A DNA stretch of 64,000 nucleotides, from the NCBI GenBank assembly GCA_964106915.2, contig OZ066916.1; one strand, given 5' to 3'. Both the position numbers and the translations under genes were made by a program. Under the pieces are notes generated by a model. The model was not told the origin of the DNA, ran no database searches, and saw nothing but the letters and a program-made list of their open reading frames with translations. Origin of the DNA: Podarcis gaigeae. Taxonomy: Eukaryota. The first letter of the stretch is position 1. Every line of letters starts with the position of its first letter. This document shows positions 28,201 through 37,700 of this stretch, piece after piece.

Positions 28201-31200
28201 CTCCATGAGAGGTCCAGAGGGTGGCAACACAAGAATGGCTCCCTGTTTATGGAATGCCCCTCCCAAGGGGGCTCATTGGACGCTATCATTATATACCCTT
28301 AGGTGCCAGGCGGAAATTTTCCTCTATAACTAGGTCTTTGGCCTTTAACTATCAGTGGCCTTTTAGAAGTGAGTGGGATGTTTTTAATGTGTTTCTCTTT
28401 CCTCTTGATTTTAATGTATCTATGTGTGGTTTATTGTCTATTTGTTTGGTTATACAGTAATTCGTTTTGGGTTATCCCTGGCAGGATAAAGCAACTAACA
28501 AATTTAATAAAATAAAGAAAGAAAGATTATTAAAGATCCACTGGGCTATGCACTCCCTCCTACCTAAGGTCATTGCAAATAAACTCTGTTGCAATTATTG
28601 GTTTGTTTGTTTGTTTATGTGCCAAAGCCTAAGTTGTCCTATGGAAATAGTATTTTGAACAAGGATAATGTCAGAGCCACCCGAGGTCCCAGCTCACAAG
28701 AGACCAAAATCCAGTCCAAGTTATATACAAAAGGTTTTATTGAAGAACATTGTTGTCGTTACATCCAAGCTCCGTGGCTCAGCATCTGTTACCCTTAGAT
28801 GTTTGAAGTCCCCTCTGAGTCAGTCCCGCCCCTGCACCAGCTTAAGAGGCTTGTACTGCTCCACCTTTTCCTCTCCTTCCTTTTCCGCAGGGTCTTCCTG
28901 CCCCCCTGTGCTCCCTCCCTCCGGGACTCCCCCGAGGCTGAGTCTTCTGACGCCTGCTCCCCCCTCCTTCGTGCTTTGGGACCAGGCTCCTCCTCAGGGC
29001 TCTCCTCATTTCCGCGCGCCTCCACATTTGAACTTGGCGCACGTACGTTGCCTCTGACCTTCCTTTCGACCGTTACGCTACTCTCAGTACTACACTCCTC
29101 CCCTTCCGGCAGGACGTTCTGCTCCGAACTCCTTCCCCTCTCTGCTCCCTGTTCTGCTCTTTCTGACACACTGGCAACCCCACCCCCTTCACTCCGTTCC
29201 GACGGAGAGGCCGGTCCCGATCTCCAACCCCCACTGGGGATTCCCTCTTCGTTCCCCTGCTTCTGACTGCTTCCCTCTCTACTGCCCCTTGGCCTGACCA
29301 GGGGGGCTCCCTTTTGGGAATCCTCGGATTCACTTGACGGACTCACTGACAACCTCGGGTCGTCGTCGTCCTCTTCCTCGTCACCCTGGGACCCCTCCCC
29401 CTCGCTCTCTGTCCCTGAAACCCTGACAGATAATAATATTTTTGAACAAGGAGGATACAACACATGTTGTTTATCACCCTATAGAATTGCTTCTATGGAA
29501 TTGTTTTAGTAGACACATTTGGGGAATTACAAAATAGAATGAAACAAAGCAGTTCTTCCTCTTTTAAGGCTTAGACCTGATCAAAGAGCAGAGGAAACCG
29601 TTCAATGGATTTGCTCCCAGATAAACGGGAATAGGATTGAGACTTACAGTGCAATCCTATGCTACCTGGGAACAAGTCTCAATGAACACAGATGGGCCTA
29701 CTTCTGAGTAAAAATGTAGAAGACTGCATTGTAAAGCTGTAGTCCTGAGTGCCATTAAATTCATTCAACTGCCTGGTTCATACAACACACCAAGCTGAAC
29801 TTTGGCTTAGTGATACTCTGTGTGCCCCCAAAAAGAAGTGCTCCTACCCAGTCGTTTTTGCTGCTACATTTGGCTTAGTGTTGTCCGAACAGGGGCTGAT
29901 GCCTCTTGCCTCTTGCCTCACCAACTTCAAATTGTAGCTAAGGTTTGTCCTCAACCACGAGCCCCAGTTTGGGTGGAATTTGGCTTAGCTCTGCATGGTG
30001 TGGCAGCAAAAAGGACCAGGGAGGAGCAAAGCAGCAGCATCGTAAACCTCACTATGTTCAAATTAGAGCGACTAGCTTTAACAGAATATAGGACTCCTCT
30101 AAAAACAAAGAAACGCACGTCATCTAGATACAAATCCTATACAGATGCTCATTTAAACGTAAAACAGAATGCACAGAGGTGAGCCCCAGCAACCTCTAAT
30201 ATTCCATTTGCATAGGTGCATATCCAAAAGACTCTCTATGCACACATTTTGAATTAGCTGTTTATTGATCTGTTTGAGGTCTTTTACCAACCAGCTTGTT
30301 TTACATACTGCTTTGTCATTTCTATGGCTGTTTGATGCTATATATCCCTTACCTTTCCCGCCCCGACCTGTCCACAGTGATCCACAGTCACCTCCAGGCT
30401 TGACTACTGTAATTCGCTCTACGCGGGGCTGCCCTTGAAGCTGTCCCAGAAACTGCAGCGGGTCCCAGAAACTGCAGCGGGATGCTGCAGCAAGGCTCCT
30501 CACAGAGTCTCTGCCATGGGATCATATTCACCCAGTGCTTTTCCAGCTGCACTGGCTGCCGGTGGAGCACAGGGTCAGATTTAAGGTGCTGGTTTTGACC
30601 TTTAAAGCCCTTCACGGCCTAGGACCCTTGTACCTACGGGACCGCCTCTCCCGGTATGCCCCACGGAGAGCCTCAAGGTCCATAAATAGCAACACCCTGG
30701 TGGTCCCGGGCCCTAAGGAAGTTAGATTAGCTTCAACCAGAGCCAGGGCCTTTTCAACTCTGGCTCCGGCCTGGTGGAACGCTCTGCCTCATGAGACCAG
30801 GGCCCTGCAGGATCTGATTTCTTTCCGCAGGGCCTGTAAGACAAAGTTGTTCAGCCTGGCCTTTGGCTTGGAGCCAATTTGATTCCCTCCCCCTCTTTTT
30901 TCTTTTTTTCTTTTTCCTTTCTCCTGTGATGAGGCTGCATTTTAATATTTTAATGTTTCAATATTTTAATGTTGTATTTTAATCTTGTTTTTAAGTTGTA
31001 TTCATTCAACTTGTTTTTATTATTGCTTGTTAGCCGCCCTGAGCCCGGCCTTGGCTGGGGAGGGCGGGGTATAAATAAAAATTATTATTATTTTATTTTA
31101 TTTTATTTTATTTGTTGTTAGCCACCTTGGGCACCTTTGTGCAAAAGGGGGGGTATTAATTCAAATAATAAAGAAATCATATTAAAATAGTTTTGATAAA

Positions 31201-32924
31201 ATTTGTTGTGTATCTTCCAAGTGGTTGTCTACGCTTCAAGTTCCAAACCTAGCTTGACTCTTACAGCACACTTCAACTGGAACCAGGAAAAGCAGAAATA
31301 CACAATGCAGTGTGAGTATCTCTTTAAAAGACCAAAACATCAGAATGATGGCTAGTGTCCATATTCAAGAAAACATTCTATATTTCACATTCACATCCTC
31401 AGGATGCTTGCTGACCACACATCCTTTTGCAAGAGGCCAGGAACAAGCAAAGCCAACACAGATGTGAGACTCACACCAGTCTTGAAAATGGAAAGCACTT
31501 TCCAGTGGTAGGTAGCAACCACAAGACGTAATAATCCCAGCTGAGCCTGGGAATTCAAAATATATTTTGGTTATATAATTAATATAATTTAGTTTTGCTT
31601 GATAAGTGGAAATGCATAGAAATCGTTAAAAATAATGGCTAAGTACTTGTGGTTATATATTTATTATATTATTATATTATAATTTATTATTAAGCATTTC
31701 CTGCTGTTTTCAGAAAATAAAATTGAAATCCCTCAATTTTCCTAAAGCAGTTTATGCACTTCTTCATGAAAAGTAGACTTACCAAGTTAAATAATAATAA
31801 TAATAACAGTATTTTTTTATTTATACCCTGCCCATCTGACTGGGTTGCCCCTGCTACTCTGGGCGGCTTACAAAGCATACAAAAACAACATCCAATGCTA
31901 ATAGCAACCATATATTAAAAAGTCACCATTAACTTTAAAACAAACCACTTATATCAAATAAAGCAATATTCCACAATCCATTAGCATCTAATAGCAAAGC
32001 CATTGGTTTCAAATACATGGCTCATATCGGGTTATGCATTTAGCATTGTGAGTCCACTTCTGTAGAACTTCCTCCCTGCTGACTTCAGATAGGTCCTGGT
32101 TATATGTATATTTTATAAAATCTATGCTCCAGTTGATTGCAAAAAATAACAATAACAACAAAACAAAAACAAGCCACCAGTGTTAAGTAAGCTTTTCTGT
32201 TGCTGTGTTTCATTTTATCTTTAGTGTATCTTTTGTAACCTTCTTGTACACCCTTTACAGATGATAGTATTAACTGGCCAGAAACACATGTTTAATCATA
32301 GCTGTCAACTTTTCCCTTTTCTTGCGAGGAATCCTATTCGGAATAAGGGAATTTCCCTGTGGTTTTTTTTAAAAAAGTGAAACGTTGACAGCTAAGTGTT
32401 TAATACCCATAGCTGAAGAAACCTGCAAAAAATAAGCTTCAGAACAGAATAATGACTTCTTTTGAACTGACGTGTTCCTGAGTAACTCTTTGCAAAGCAA
32501 TACAATACAATTCAAAACAAAACAAAGACGAATAGGAAATGTTTACCCTCTGAAAATAAATGGCAAAAAGCTAATTAAATAATAATAATAATACGATAAT
32601 AAGAATTAATAAGAAGAAAAGGCGATGTCCCAAAAGACACGTCTGCTCAGGAGTAAGAGCCCACTGGTTTGATAGGCAGCTTGGCGCCCGCCCCTCTTCC
32701 CTTCTCCTCCTACGTGGCTGGGCAGCCGGGCAGGTACCTGCCTGCCTGCCTGCCTGCCTGGGGGGGGTGACAGGGGGACCCACCTGCACCTCCGTCTCCG
32801 GCGGCCACTCGGTGTTGACCAGCAAGTCGTAGAGGATGTTCTCCTCTTCGCTTTCTTCTGCTTCTATTGCCGCCTCCGAGCTGCCTCTGCCAGTCTCCGC
32901 TTCGCCTCTTCGCACAGCAGCCAT
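1997..32924 (-). CDS. NBAS: NBAS (NRZ tethering complex subunit / neuroblastoma amplified sequence), 5' part: coding exons 1-13; continues beyond left edge
   Basis: Spliced translation ...ILYDLLVNTEWPPETEVQ|PRGNRKHGASFIIT...PKDPNPQWRRVAWS...SKASSCGLSAWRVLSGSPYY...DGVFKMSLSPDG...EKRKKIK matches the recalled NBAS N-terminal beta-propeller region. Phases are consistent (1174 nt). Adjacency to DDX1 matches known synteny. Confidence 0.97.
2124..2270. mobile_element. MITE family A, left-truncated copy
   Basis: Matches the right part of 1391-1632; ends GAGGTACCACTG-TA. Confidence 0.85.
2347..2576. mobile_element. hAT-type non-autonomous element
   Basis: CAGGGGTCAGCAAACT ... AGTTTGCCTACCCATG termini; degenerate 8-bp TSD cgcaagca/tgcaagga. 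Confidence 0.6.
3533..3661 (-). CDS. NBAS: NBAS exon 12 (DGVFKMSLSPDG...GEWEQSDQ)
   Basis: ctcag acceptor, CAG|gtatgt donor, 129 nt. Confidence 0.95.
6110..6175 (-). CDS. NBAS: NBAS exon 11 (AKRRSLFKIRSLNFYSRQGREQ)
   Basis: ctaacag acceptor, CAG|gtaac donor, 66 nt. Confidence 0.9.
7183..7327 (-). CDS. NBAS: NBAS exon 10 (LLIVGGCE...SKASSCGLSAWRVLSGSPYYKPVTSYEDDIGT)
   Basis: aatag acceptor, ACC|gtgagt donor, 145 nt. Confidence 0.95.
7880..8012 (-). mobile_element. tRNA-Ile-derived SINE with CR1-like tail
   Basis: Reverse complement reads TAGCTCAGTGGGTTAGAGCGTGGTGCTGATAACGCCAAGGTTGCAGGTTCG; same family as 48638-48770. Confidence 0.8.
11692..11908. mobile_element. MITE family A
   Basis: Same TIRs and TA TSD as 1391-1632. 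Confidence 0.9.
12014..12452. mobile_element. MITE family B with a related MITE (12022-12214) nested in its left TIR
   Basis: Outer CAGTCA-TA[insert]CCTTGGTTCTCGAAC ... CAAGGTACAACTG-TA; inner CAGTGGTACCTTAG ... CAAGGTACCACTA. Confidence 0.75.
13191..13243. repeat. (GAAA)n microsatellite
   Basis: Direct reading. Confidence 0.95.
13248..13375 (+). mobile_element. Degenerate L1-type reverse transcriptase fragment
   Basis: GRDVRQGCCLSTLIFN resembles the RT motif GxRQGCPLSPLLFN. Confidence 0.5.
13488..13853 (-). mobile_element. Sauria SINE, full length
   Basis: GGGACGC..GGTGGCGCTGTGGG head, GGTTCGAATCCC B-box, (ACCTTT)n tail; 12-bp TSD AGTACATGGGTA (13476-13487, 13854-13865). Confidence 0.93.
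14043..14293. mobile_element. MITE family B
   Basis: TIR CAGTTGTACCTTGG / CCAAGGTACAACTG, TA TSD. Confidence 0.88.
14399..14645 (+). mobile_element. Sauria SINE, 5'-truncated, internally deleted
   Basis: Matches 52198-52556 copy; GGGGTCCCTTTACCTTT tail. Confidence 0.9.
17427..17557. other. Assembly gap (131 N)
   Basis: Run of n. Confidence 1.
17558..17656 (-). CDS. NBAS: NBAS exon 9 (VGTNQSFQESHSFSFSSHYVHGITAVIYHPAH)
   Basis: gtccag acceptor; 99 nt, phase-compatible with exon 10; donor lies inside the N-gap. Confidence 0.92.
18325..18707 (+). mobile_element. Sauria SINE, full length
   Basis: 13-bp TSD CCTATTCTGGACC (18312-18324, 18708-18720). Confidence 0.92.
18927..19060 (-). CDS. NBAS: NBAS exon 8 (GASFPGDLTYAIAGLIFLEYKASAQWSAELLVINYRGELKSYLV)
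   Basis: gtgcag acceptor, AG|gtaagt donor, 134 nt. Confidence 0.95.
19375..19810 (+). mobile_element. L1-clade 3' fragment
   Basis: ARILYAQKWK...PMKEEWL resembles the ORF2 C-terminus at 56990-57347; A-rich end. Confidence 0.6.
20513..20646 (-). CDS. NBAS: NBAS exon 7 (PKDPNPQWRRVAWSHDCTLLAYGESTGTVRVFDLVGSELLVISP)
   Basis: ccatag acceptor, CCG|gtattt donor, 134 nt. Confidence 0.95.
21207..21250 (-). CDS. NBAS: NBAS exon 6 (SAKDEFGSVIGKCQ)
   Basis: ctgcag acceptor, G|gtatgt donor, 44 nt. Confidence 0.93.
21524..21631 (+). mobile_element. BovB (RTE) extreme 3' fragment
   Basis: CATGGGGTCACGAAGAGTCGGACACGACT..(CAA)n; 10-bp TSD ATATATGGAT. Confidence 0.9.
22487..22534 (-). CDS. NBAS: NBAS exon 5 (NGKLLAAVQDQCIEI)
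   Basis: ttttag acceptor, AG|gtaaga donor, 48 nt. Confidence 0.94.
23960..24483 (-). mobile_element. RTE-clade LINE 3' fragment (non-BovB) with (GAA)n tail
   Basis: QLHWTGHVVRM..LPKQLLYSKL..GGQQKRFKDSLK RTE C-terminal motif; 9-bp TSD CAGCAAGTC. Confidence 0.88.
24886..24963 (-). CDS. NBAS: NBAS exon 4 (PAKFSLPVGLVRLVSKQINWHLVLA)
   Basis: ttccag acceptor, AG|gtaagt donor, 78 nt. Confidence 0.94.
25557..25593 (-). CDS. NBAS: NBAS exon 3 (PALFLLRYLWY)
   Basis: ttatag acceptor, AG|gtaagt donor, 37 nt, restores frame. Confidence 0.88.
26942..27168. mobile_element. MITE family B
   Basis: CAGCCGTACCTTG ... CAAGGTACAACTG, TA TSD. Confidence 0.85.
27447..27501 (-). CDS. NBAS: NBAS exon 2 (PRGNRKHGASFIITRAIT)
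   Basis: tttcag acceptor, G|gtaaat donor, 55 nt. Confidence 0.93.
28040..28510 (+). mobile_element. Degenerate L2-clade 3' fragment
   Basis: Similarity to 30535-31080 (CTGCAC..GCTGCC..AAA.TGCTGGTTTTGACCT). Confidence 0.55.
28669..29428 (-). mobile_element. Solo LTR, 760 bp (Gypsy-like by TSD length)
   Basis: TGTCAG...CTGACA termini, perfect 5-bp TSD GATAA, minus-strand AATAAA at 28736-28741. Confidence 0.85.
30350..31110 (+). mobile_element. L2-clade LINE 3' portion (ORF2 C-terminus, 3'UTR, (TTA)n tail)
   Basis: SRLDYCN...LHWLPVEHRVRFKVLVLTFKALHGLGP.YL...RAFS..APAWWNALP; 19-bp internal tandem duplication at 30443-30480. Confidence 0.88.
32297..32396. mobile_element. 100-bp hAT MITE
   Basis: TIR CATAGCTGTCAAC / GTTGACAGCTAAG, perfect 8-bp TSD TGTTTAAT. 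Confidence 0.85.
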
Positions 32925-33130
32925 GATCATCGGCAACCCTGGCTGCAGCTGCTACGGCGGCTCGCAGGGGACAAAACTCTCTCTCGATAGAGGCGTTCGG
33001 TCTTTAACCCTTTACGATCCCTCCGCGAAGCGCTTCTAGGTAACACGAGCCAGCTGTGTGTGCTGTGGCGGAGGCTGCAGACGTCCTGCGCTACCTGACA
33101 TATGAATAAATCCCGCTGAGCGGGATCGTA
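32680..33130 (-). promoter_or_regulatory. CpG-rich block at NBAS promoter / exon 1
   Basis: High GC and CpG density around the NBAS start codon. Confidence 0.75.
32784..32924 (-). CDS. NBAS: NBAS coding exon 1 (MAAVRRGEAE...ILYDLLVNTEWPPETEVQ)
   Basis: ATG in strong Kozak context (atcATGG); a weaker in-frame ATG lies 6 nt upstream at 32930; CAG|gtgggt donor. Confidence 0.93.
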
Positions 33131-33959
33131 TCAACTCGCATTGTTATTATGCAATATATTATATATTAACAAATTATGCGTGACTAAATCCTGCTGAGCT
33201 CATATACATACACTGTTTTAATATATTATTATATCAGCATATCATATATTGTTATAATACCATTTATATTAATAGATTATGTGTGAATAAATCCCACTGA
33301 GTTTATATACATATACTATTTTAATATATATTATATTGCATTATATTATATTATAAAATATGGTTATGAAAGGTGTTTTTCATATAATCATATAACTGAT
33401 AGGATCAATATATTGATATAATCAAGTCCAACCCCCTGCACTGCAGGAATCTCAGCGAAAACCTCCCTGTCAGAGGGCCATCCAATCTGCTTGAAAACCT
33501 CCCTTCCCACAATTTGAATCCAAGTTACAAGTTATGTTACTGGTGGTTTGGACAGGTCCGAAATTGGCCTTGCGCAACCAACCCTTGCTCTCTTTCCCAA
33601 ATGGGTTCTGGGCATGAAAAGGCTATCAGAAGTGTAATATCGGCTTGTTAAGGCATTATTCTCAAGCGTCCAGTAGTCTAACACGCAGCCCTGTACTCTG
33701 GGACTCAGCTGCACAGCTGCAAACAAAACGTTTTAAATGTGTTGCAAAGTGCAATATACTGTACGGTACAAACGTGACACCAGATGACAGTAGGGAGCTA
33801 TGCAAAACCCACTGTATTTTTCAAAACGTTAAAAAAAAACAATTTCACATATGTGTGGAATCTACCCTGGGATTCATTTCATTTATAAGTCCCCAAAAGG
33901 CATATCCAGTGGGCGATGCATTAGTTCCTTCCAAATGCCATCCAGTTTCCTCCTTGTCA

Positions 33960-34440
33960 TTCCTCGCAAGGGGAAGCAAAAGAAAGCACGCTGGCGAACA
34001 GGCCAGTTACCGAGGAAACAGGGCAAGCAAAACGGCCTGGGCCACCTTCATCTTAAAAACAAACAGCGCCCGCTCCTCATTAAACGGGTTTTGTAATGAA
34101 GGCGTTTGTACGCGTAGCTTCCAGGGCCTGCGGCCTCGAGCGGAACCTCGGCTGAGCGGCCGGCGTTTCGGACCGGAGGACTAAAGCGGTGGGCACGGGC
34201 ATGGGGAGTGCGCAGGCGCCGTGAGCCCAGTGACGCGTCCTGCCCTTTACCGCTGCCCAGGCGTTGCCGGCAGACACGCGAACATGGCGGCCTTCTCAGG
34301 TACGTGGAGAAGCTTGCGGGGAATGGGGAGGCGGGAGGAAGAACGGCAGCTTGGGGGGGGGGGGGTGCGAGTTGCCTGCCTCTGGGATCCGCTTGGACTC
34401 GAAAGCTTTAACACACACACATCCGGATTCCGAGGAGCCC
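33960..34440 (+). promoter_or_regulatory. CpG-rich DDX1 promoter with NRF1-like site (TGCGCAGGCGC 34209-34219), CRE half-site (TGACG 34231-34235) and YY1/TISU element over the ATG (34280-34291)
   Basis: Motif matches read by eye in a TATA-less CpG-rich block. Confidence 0.7.
34284..34299 (+). CDS. DDX1: DDX1 exon 1 (MAAFS)
   Basis: aacATGGCG start, G|gtacgt donor. Confidence 0.93.
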
Positions 34441-34655
34441 CTTAATTCCTGTAAGAGCCAGGCCTCTTTCGACCCAGAAAGTTTGGGATCCTACTGGATC
34501 CCAAATGGAAGGGAACACCTGGCTTGGCCTGGGTGGAAAGGATCCAGGGGTCCTCGTAGACACTGCAAGCTGGACGTGAGCAAAACTGTGGTGATGCTGC
34601 AGCAAAATAAAATAAAAGCTAAGACTATATATATATTTATTACATTTTCTACTTT

Positions 34656-34710
<55 letters not shown>

Positions 34711-37700
34711 TTTTCCACTTAATATTATACATTGACATCATCATCATCCACTTTACCGCTTTAGCTCTTTAGAGCCTATCGACTTCCTTCCCTCCCGCCT
34801 CATGACTTTCAAAATTAACCTTTATATCATTGCATTTTGAACGTTTTCCAATTCTAATTACACTCATTACAAATTAGCTCAAAATTTAAATAAAAATAGA
34901 AAGATAGGAAATTTCTCATGACAAGCCTGCTGTTGGGATTTCAGCCACCTGCTAGTGATGTTAATTGCTTACAATAATCTTTCGTATAAATTTACTCCAG
35001 TCCTTTTGGAATACTTGATCATGCTGGTTTCGGATTTTACAATTTAAAGTACTTGTTTATATATCCTTAAAATATCAATGACTTCCCTGCTTCTCTTTCA
35101 TTTTACATATAATAAATCCCTGCATATTTTACAAAAACTATACCGTTCAGTATTCTATTATTACATCCATCAACACTTATTTACACTGCTGAATTTGCCA
35201 GCATGAAAACACTGAAAAGGCTAAGGCTATTCTAGGCAGCATCAACAGAAGTCTAGTGCCCAGGTTGAAGGAAAGGAATAGTGCTGCTTGATTCTGCCTT
35301 GGCCAGACCACACCTGGAATACTGTGTCCAAAAGAGTACCATCCCTGTCAAGTCTGATTCAGCCCAAATTTTAAAGCACACTTAATAAAATATGCAAACC
35401 ACATCGACAGTGTGATGCAGCAGCAAACAAATCTAAGGCTGAATCAACAGAAGTCTAGTGTCCAGGTCAAAGGGAAGTAATAGTCCAGCTCGATTCTGCC
35501 TTGGCCAAACCACACCAGGAGTGCCGTGTCCAGTTTTGGGCACCACAGTTTAAGAAGGGTGTTGACAAGCTGGAATGTGTGCAGAGGAGGGCGACCAGAC
35601 TCTGATGGACTATATGGATTACAATATGACTCTGATGGGGGGCATGAATCGAGTGCTGTCTACAAATATGGACAAGGCACAGAGACAGGTAGTTACTAAG
35701 GATGGTAGACTACCAAAACCTTTTTTCAATATGTCTTCCTGACAGTAAGCTGTTTGACAGTGGAATTTGCTGCCAAGGAGTGTGGTGGAGTCTCCTTCTT
35801 TGGAGGTCTTTAAGCAGAGGCTTGACAACCATATGTCAGGAGTGCTCTGATGGTGTTTCCTGCTTGGCAGGGGGTTGGACTCGATGGCCCTTGTGGTCTC
35901 TTCCAACTCTATGATTCTAAGAGGATCAAGGGTCTGGACACCAAGCCTTATGAGGAACAGTTGAGGAAGCTGGGTATATTTAGCATGGAAAAGAGGAGAT
36001 ATGATAGCCATTGTCAAAAATCTCAAAGGCTGTCACATGAAAGACGGAGCAAGCTTATTTTCTCCTGCACCGGAGGGTGGGACCCAAAGCAATGAATTCA
36101 GGTTACAAGGAAATAGTTCTGCCTGGTGTTTAGTCAGAATCTTTCTGACTATAAGAGCTGCGCAGCAGTGGAACAGACACCCATGAGAGGTGGGGGACTC
36201 TCCTGCCTTAGAGGTTTTTAAGCAGAGGTTGGGTGATCATCTGTCATGAGTGCTTTAGTGGAGATTGCTGCATTGCAGGGGGTTGGCCTAGGCAAGCCTC
36301 AGGGTTCCTTACAACTCTATGATTCTATGCATGTTTACATAGGAGTAAGTCTCACTGCATATAATTCTTTCTTTTCAGTATACATACCTAGGATTTGCTG
36401 TGTTTCTTCTTCTTTTGGTTATTGCATTTATATAGTGTGACTTTTCCTTCAAGAAGCTCAAGGTGCCATACATGGTTCTCCTACCGCTTTCCCCCCTCAT
36501 AACACAGACTGCTAACACATCTGTTTGTTTAATTTTCTTGCAGAGATGGGTGTGATGCCAGAAATTGCTCAAGCCGTGGAAGAGATGGACTGGTTGTAAG
36601 TATCACACACACACACACACACACACCCATTTATGTGTAGCCTTCCAGAGTTGTAATCAATAATACTGCAAATGGTGCTTCTGGAAATCTTGCCATGTTT
36701 CAATGGAAATTACTTATGATAGTGAAGTTACCATGCTTGTGTGGTGAATACCTGTGAATAACTTCTGCTGAAAAACTGGTGTTTGAATCAAGCACCAACT
36801 ATACAAAAACAAGTAATCTGATTCAGATTGTAAAATGCATGTACAGTGGTGCCTCGCAAGACGAAATTAATTCGTTCCGCAAGTCTTTTCGTCTTGCGAG
36901 TTTTTCGTCTTGCGAAGCACGGTTTCCCATAGGAATGCATTAAAAATCAATTAATGCGTTCCTATGGAAACCGCCTTCAGACCAGGTCCGGGGACAGTCT
37001 GTCCCCCGACCTCTTCTGAAGGCCGGTGGGGGGCGAAAGTCTTTGCTCCCCCCCCCCGCCTGCCTTCCCGGGACAGCGGAGACTTGTCCCGGGGCGGTCT
37101 TAAAATGCTGGCGGGCGGCAGCGAAGCCTTCGCTGCCGTCCCCCAGCATTTTAAAAGCCCCTGGGACAGCGGAGAATTCCCGGGGCGATTTTAAAATGCT
37201 GGCGGGCAGCAGCGCTGCCGCCCGCCAGCATTTTAAGATCACCCCAGACAGCGGAGAAGTCCTCCGCTGTCCCGGGGTTTTTAAAATGCTGGTGGGCGGC
37301 AGCGAAGGCTTCACGGGCAGCAGCGCTGCCGCCCGCCAGCATTTTAAGATCACCCCAGACAGCGGAGACTTCTCCGCTCCCGGGGCGATTTTAAAATGCT
37401 GGTGGGCGGCAGCGAAGGCTTCGCGGGCAGCAGCGCTGCCGCCCGCCAACATTTTAAAATCGCCCCGGGAGCGGAGAAGTCTCCGCTGTCTGGGGTGATC
37501 TTAAAATGCTGGCGGGCGGCAGCGTTGCTGCCCGCCAGCATTTTAAAATCGCCCCGGGACAGTGGAGGAATTATCCGCTGTCCCGGGGCGATTTAAAAGC
37601 CCCCGGGAAGGCAGGCAGGGGGGGACAAAGACTTTCGCCCCCCACCGGCCTTCAGAAGAGGTCCTGGACCTCTTCTGAAGGCGGGCGGGGGGCAAAAGTC

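Noticed and set aside
30535-30882. 115-aa ORF, and likewise ORFs at 24164-24460, 56967-57347 and 62716-63147
   Set aside because: C-terminal fragments of L2, RTE, L1 and BovB ORF2; not host genes
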